A program made the translations under genes and the position numbers. From NCBI GenBank assembly GCA_036785375.1, contig JAWMAR010002887.1, forward strand, positions 1-64,000: a stretch of DNA of 64,000 bases, written 5' to 3'. Below, piece by piece: positions 61,924 through 64,000 of the stretch (within the stretch, counting starts at the first letter, position 1; every line of letters begins with the position of its first letter). A model generated the notes under the pieces. The model saw nothing but the letters and a program-made list of their open reading frames with translations. It searched no databases and had not been told where the DNA came from. The DNA is from Leucoraja ocellata. Its lineage: Eukaryota.

Positions 61924-62956
61924 GGGAAGGTTCTACAGGATGTGTCAGTATACTACATTAATGTGATTTCATCCTTTCATCTTTCTCCGATGAGTAAAAC
62001 TGTAAGATACTTGGAGCTAGTTAAATTGTCAGAATCTGTTTAAACTCGGCAAAAGTGACAGGTACAGTAGAATTCGGCAATAAACAGCAAGGACTACATT
62101 TATTGCAACATGGCTGATTATACAACTGGCTGGACCTTTCAGAATGCTTGTGGCAAACATTCCATTCCCCTGCACAACTTTCATATTTTCTTTGGTGCCT
62201 CCTCAATCTTTGAAAATTCATTTATTTTCTGCACCATGTAGGTTTTATATAGTAGTTGGTGTGAAAATTATGAATATTGTTATATCTCAGTATTCATTTC
62301 TTATCATTTCCATTGCCACAAGCTCTAACCCAGATACGATTATTGTTGCAGATGAATGCACATACACCATTCATTTCTTCCAATTTCTAACATCACCCAG
62401 TCACTCAACAAAACCTAACCGTTTCTCCCAGATGAACCAATCTGCCCATTCTTTCACCAGCATTGCATCCACATAGCTCAATGCTCCACACTTCCCTGCC
62501 TAACCCTATCTTTTAGTTCTCGTGTGAGACATTCCTTAGTTTTACCAAAGTTTTAGGCTCTTGATACAGTCATAACTTATTTGATATTGCTGCAGTGAAA
62601 TATATTGAGATGTTCACTTATGTTAGAGGTGCTATATAATTACAGATCATTAATGGTTCAAAAGGACATTTAATTACAACTGCTAAGCATAGGAGATATG
62701 TATTTAAATGTTCCTACACCTCTCTCGGTTCAAGGAACCAAATGCTCTATGTATTTGAGAGTGATTCTTCTGATTTATATTTGTTGATCACCGTATAATC
62801 CCCATTAGATCACCATAAACCAGACAAATGTTTAGATGATTACTGTGTGGAACATTTCTGCTCTTTCAGCGTGTATGCCTTACAGTGTTGACCTAACTCC
62901 TGTAGGTCAACAATGAACTACTTCCATCCCCAACTCTACATGTCTCCAGAAAAATT

Positions 62957-63600
62957 TTAGTTTAGTTTAGAACTGCAGCATGAAAACAGGCCATTTGGTC
63001 CACTGAGTCTGCACCTTCCAGCGATCCCTGCACCATAAAGGGCCTGTACCACTTGCCGATTTTTTTCGGCGACTGCCTGCGTCATATCAATAGACAATAG
63101 ACAATAGGTGCAGGAGTAGGCCATTCGGCCCTTCGAGCCAGCACCGCCATTCAACGTGATCATGGCTGATCATCCCCACTATCAGTGTCTCCAAAAGATT
63201 TTGAACATTTCAAAATCCAGCGGCGACAAAAGAAATGGTGCGACAATTGAAAAGACACCGCACATCATACGTCATCATTCCACATCACGCCACATCACCC
63301 CGTGAATTTTTCGGTGACCTGTCAATGATGCCGGCAGTCACGGAAAGAAATTGCCATGGGACAGGCCCTTAACACAAGTGCTACTCACACTAGGGACAAT
63401 ATACATTCATACCAAGCCCATTAACCTACAAACCTGTATGTCTTTGGAGTGTGGGAGGAAACCGAAAATCTCGGAGAAAACACATGCAGGTCACGGGGAG
63501 AATGTACAAACTCCATACAGGTAAGCACTTATAGTCAGGATCGAACCTGGGTCTCCGGTACTGCAAGGCAGTAGCTCTTGTGCCATGCCGCCACAACGCC
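62957..63600 (-). mobile_element. V-SINE containing a Harbinger MITE (63039-63369), which contains a CR1 tail (~63088-63180)
   Basis: The SINE halves rejoin across TAA|AGGGCCTGTACCAC...GGGACAGGCCCT|TAA. The inner CR1 3' end has a (CAATAGA)n tail and is flanked by tatca. Confidence 0.8.
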
Positions 63601-63769
63601 CTTATTCAATACAATTCAATTCAATACAAAAATTTAAATCTTAGCTTTGCCTTACCCTATGAATGTTGGATACTGGTGAAGAAGGTGGTTTGGTGGTAGA
63701 ATAGGGTGGGTGGTAATCAAGATGTAGTAAGACTCTTTGATGACCTAAGGAAGGCAAAGCATATTGTCA

Positions 63770-64000
63770 TTTGATAGGCTTGGCGATCGCTTCACCCAAC
63801 ACCTCCGCACAGTTCGCATTAACCAACCCGATCTTCTGGTGGCTCAGCACTTCAACTCCCCCTCCCATTCCGTATCCGACCTTTCTGTCCTGTGCCTCTT
63901 CCATGGCCATAGTGAATCCCACCACAAATTGGAGGAGCAGCACCTCATATTTCGCTTGGGTAGTTTACACCCCAGCGGTATGAACAATGACTTCTTCAAT
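63770..64000 (+). mobile_element. Penelope-like GIY-YIG 3' fragment
   Basis: Homologous to 38320-38555 (RLGDRFTQHL...LEEQHLIFRLGSLHPSGMN). Confidence 0.85.

Overview
Repeat-dominated vertebrate genomic DNA, not prokaryotic. HE1-like V-SINEs, CR1 microsatellite tails and Deu-domain SINE relics point to a cartilaginous fish, most likely a skate or ray (inference). No host protein-coding gene can be identified with confidence; there are only a few weak exon candidates. Main contents: (i) two near-complete DIRS1-type tyrosine-recombinase retrotransposons (77-4872 and 44255-49110, both minus) with ITR and ICR ends and gag, RT/RNaseH/methyltransferase-like and YR domains; (ii) a nested stack at 40.7-50.4 kb in which a Tc1 (DD34E) element holds an older DIRS copy, that copy holds the second DIRS, and the right end carries an ~880-bp palindrome with a Harbinger-type MITE at its centre; (iii) a 2.28-kb Gypsy derivative with intact LTRs, PBS, PPT and TSD but an inverted protease segment; (iv) Penelope-like elements and ~95-bp derivatives carrying minimal hammerhead-ribozyme motifs; (v) a GC/CpG-rich non-autonomous retroelement family with a Rex1/Babar-like tail; (vi) many CR1, L1 (one twin-primed), Rex1/Babar, SINE and MITE fragments. 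The most interesting signal is an expression switch shared by all three DIRS copies: an adjacent splice donor/acceptor pair upstream of gag, plus a TTTTT(T)AG motif at the gag/RT overlap that reads as a splice acceptor and, in A and B, as an HIV-type -1 slippery site. Everything was read by eye; boundaries of degenerate fragments are approximate.
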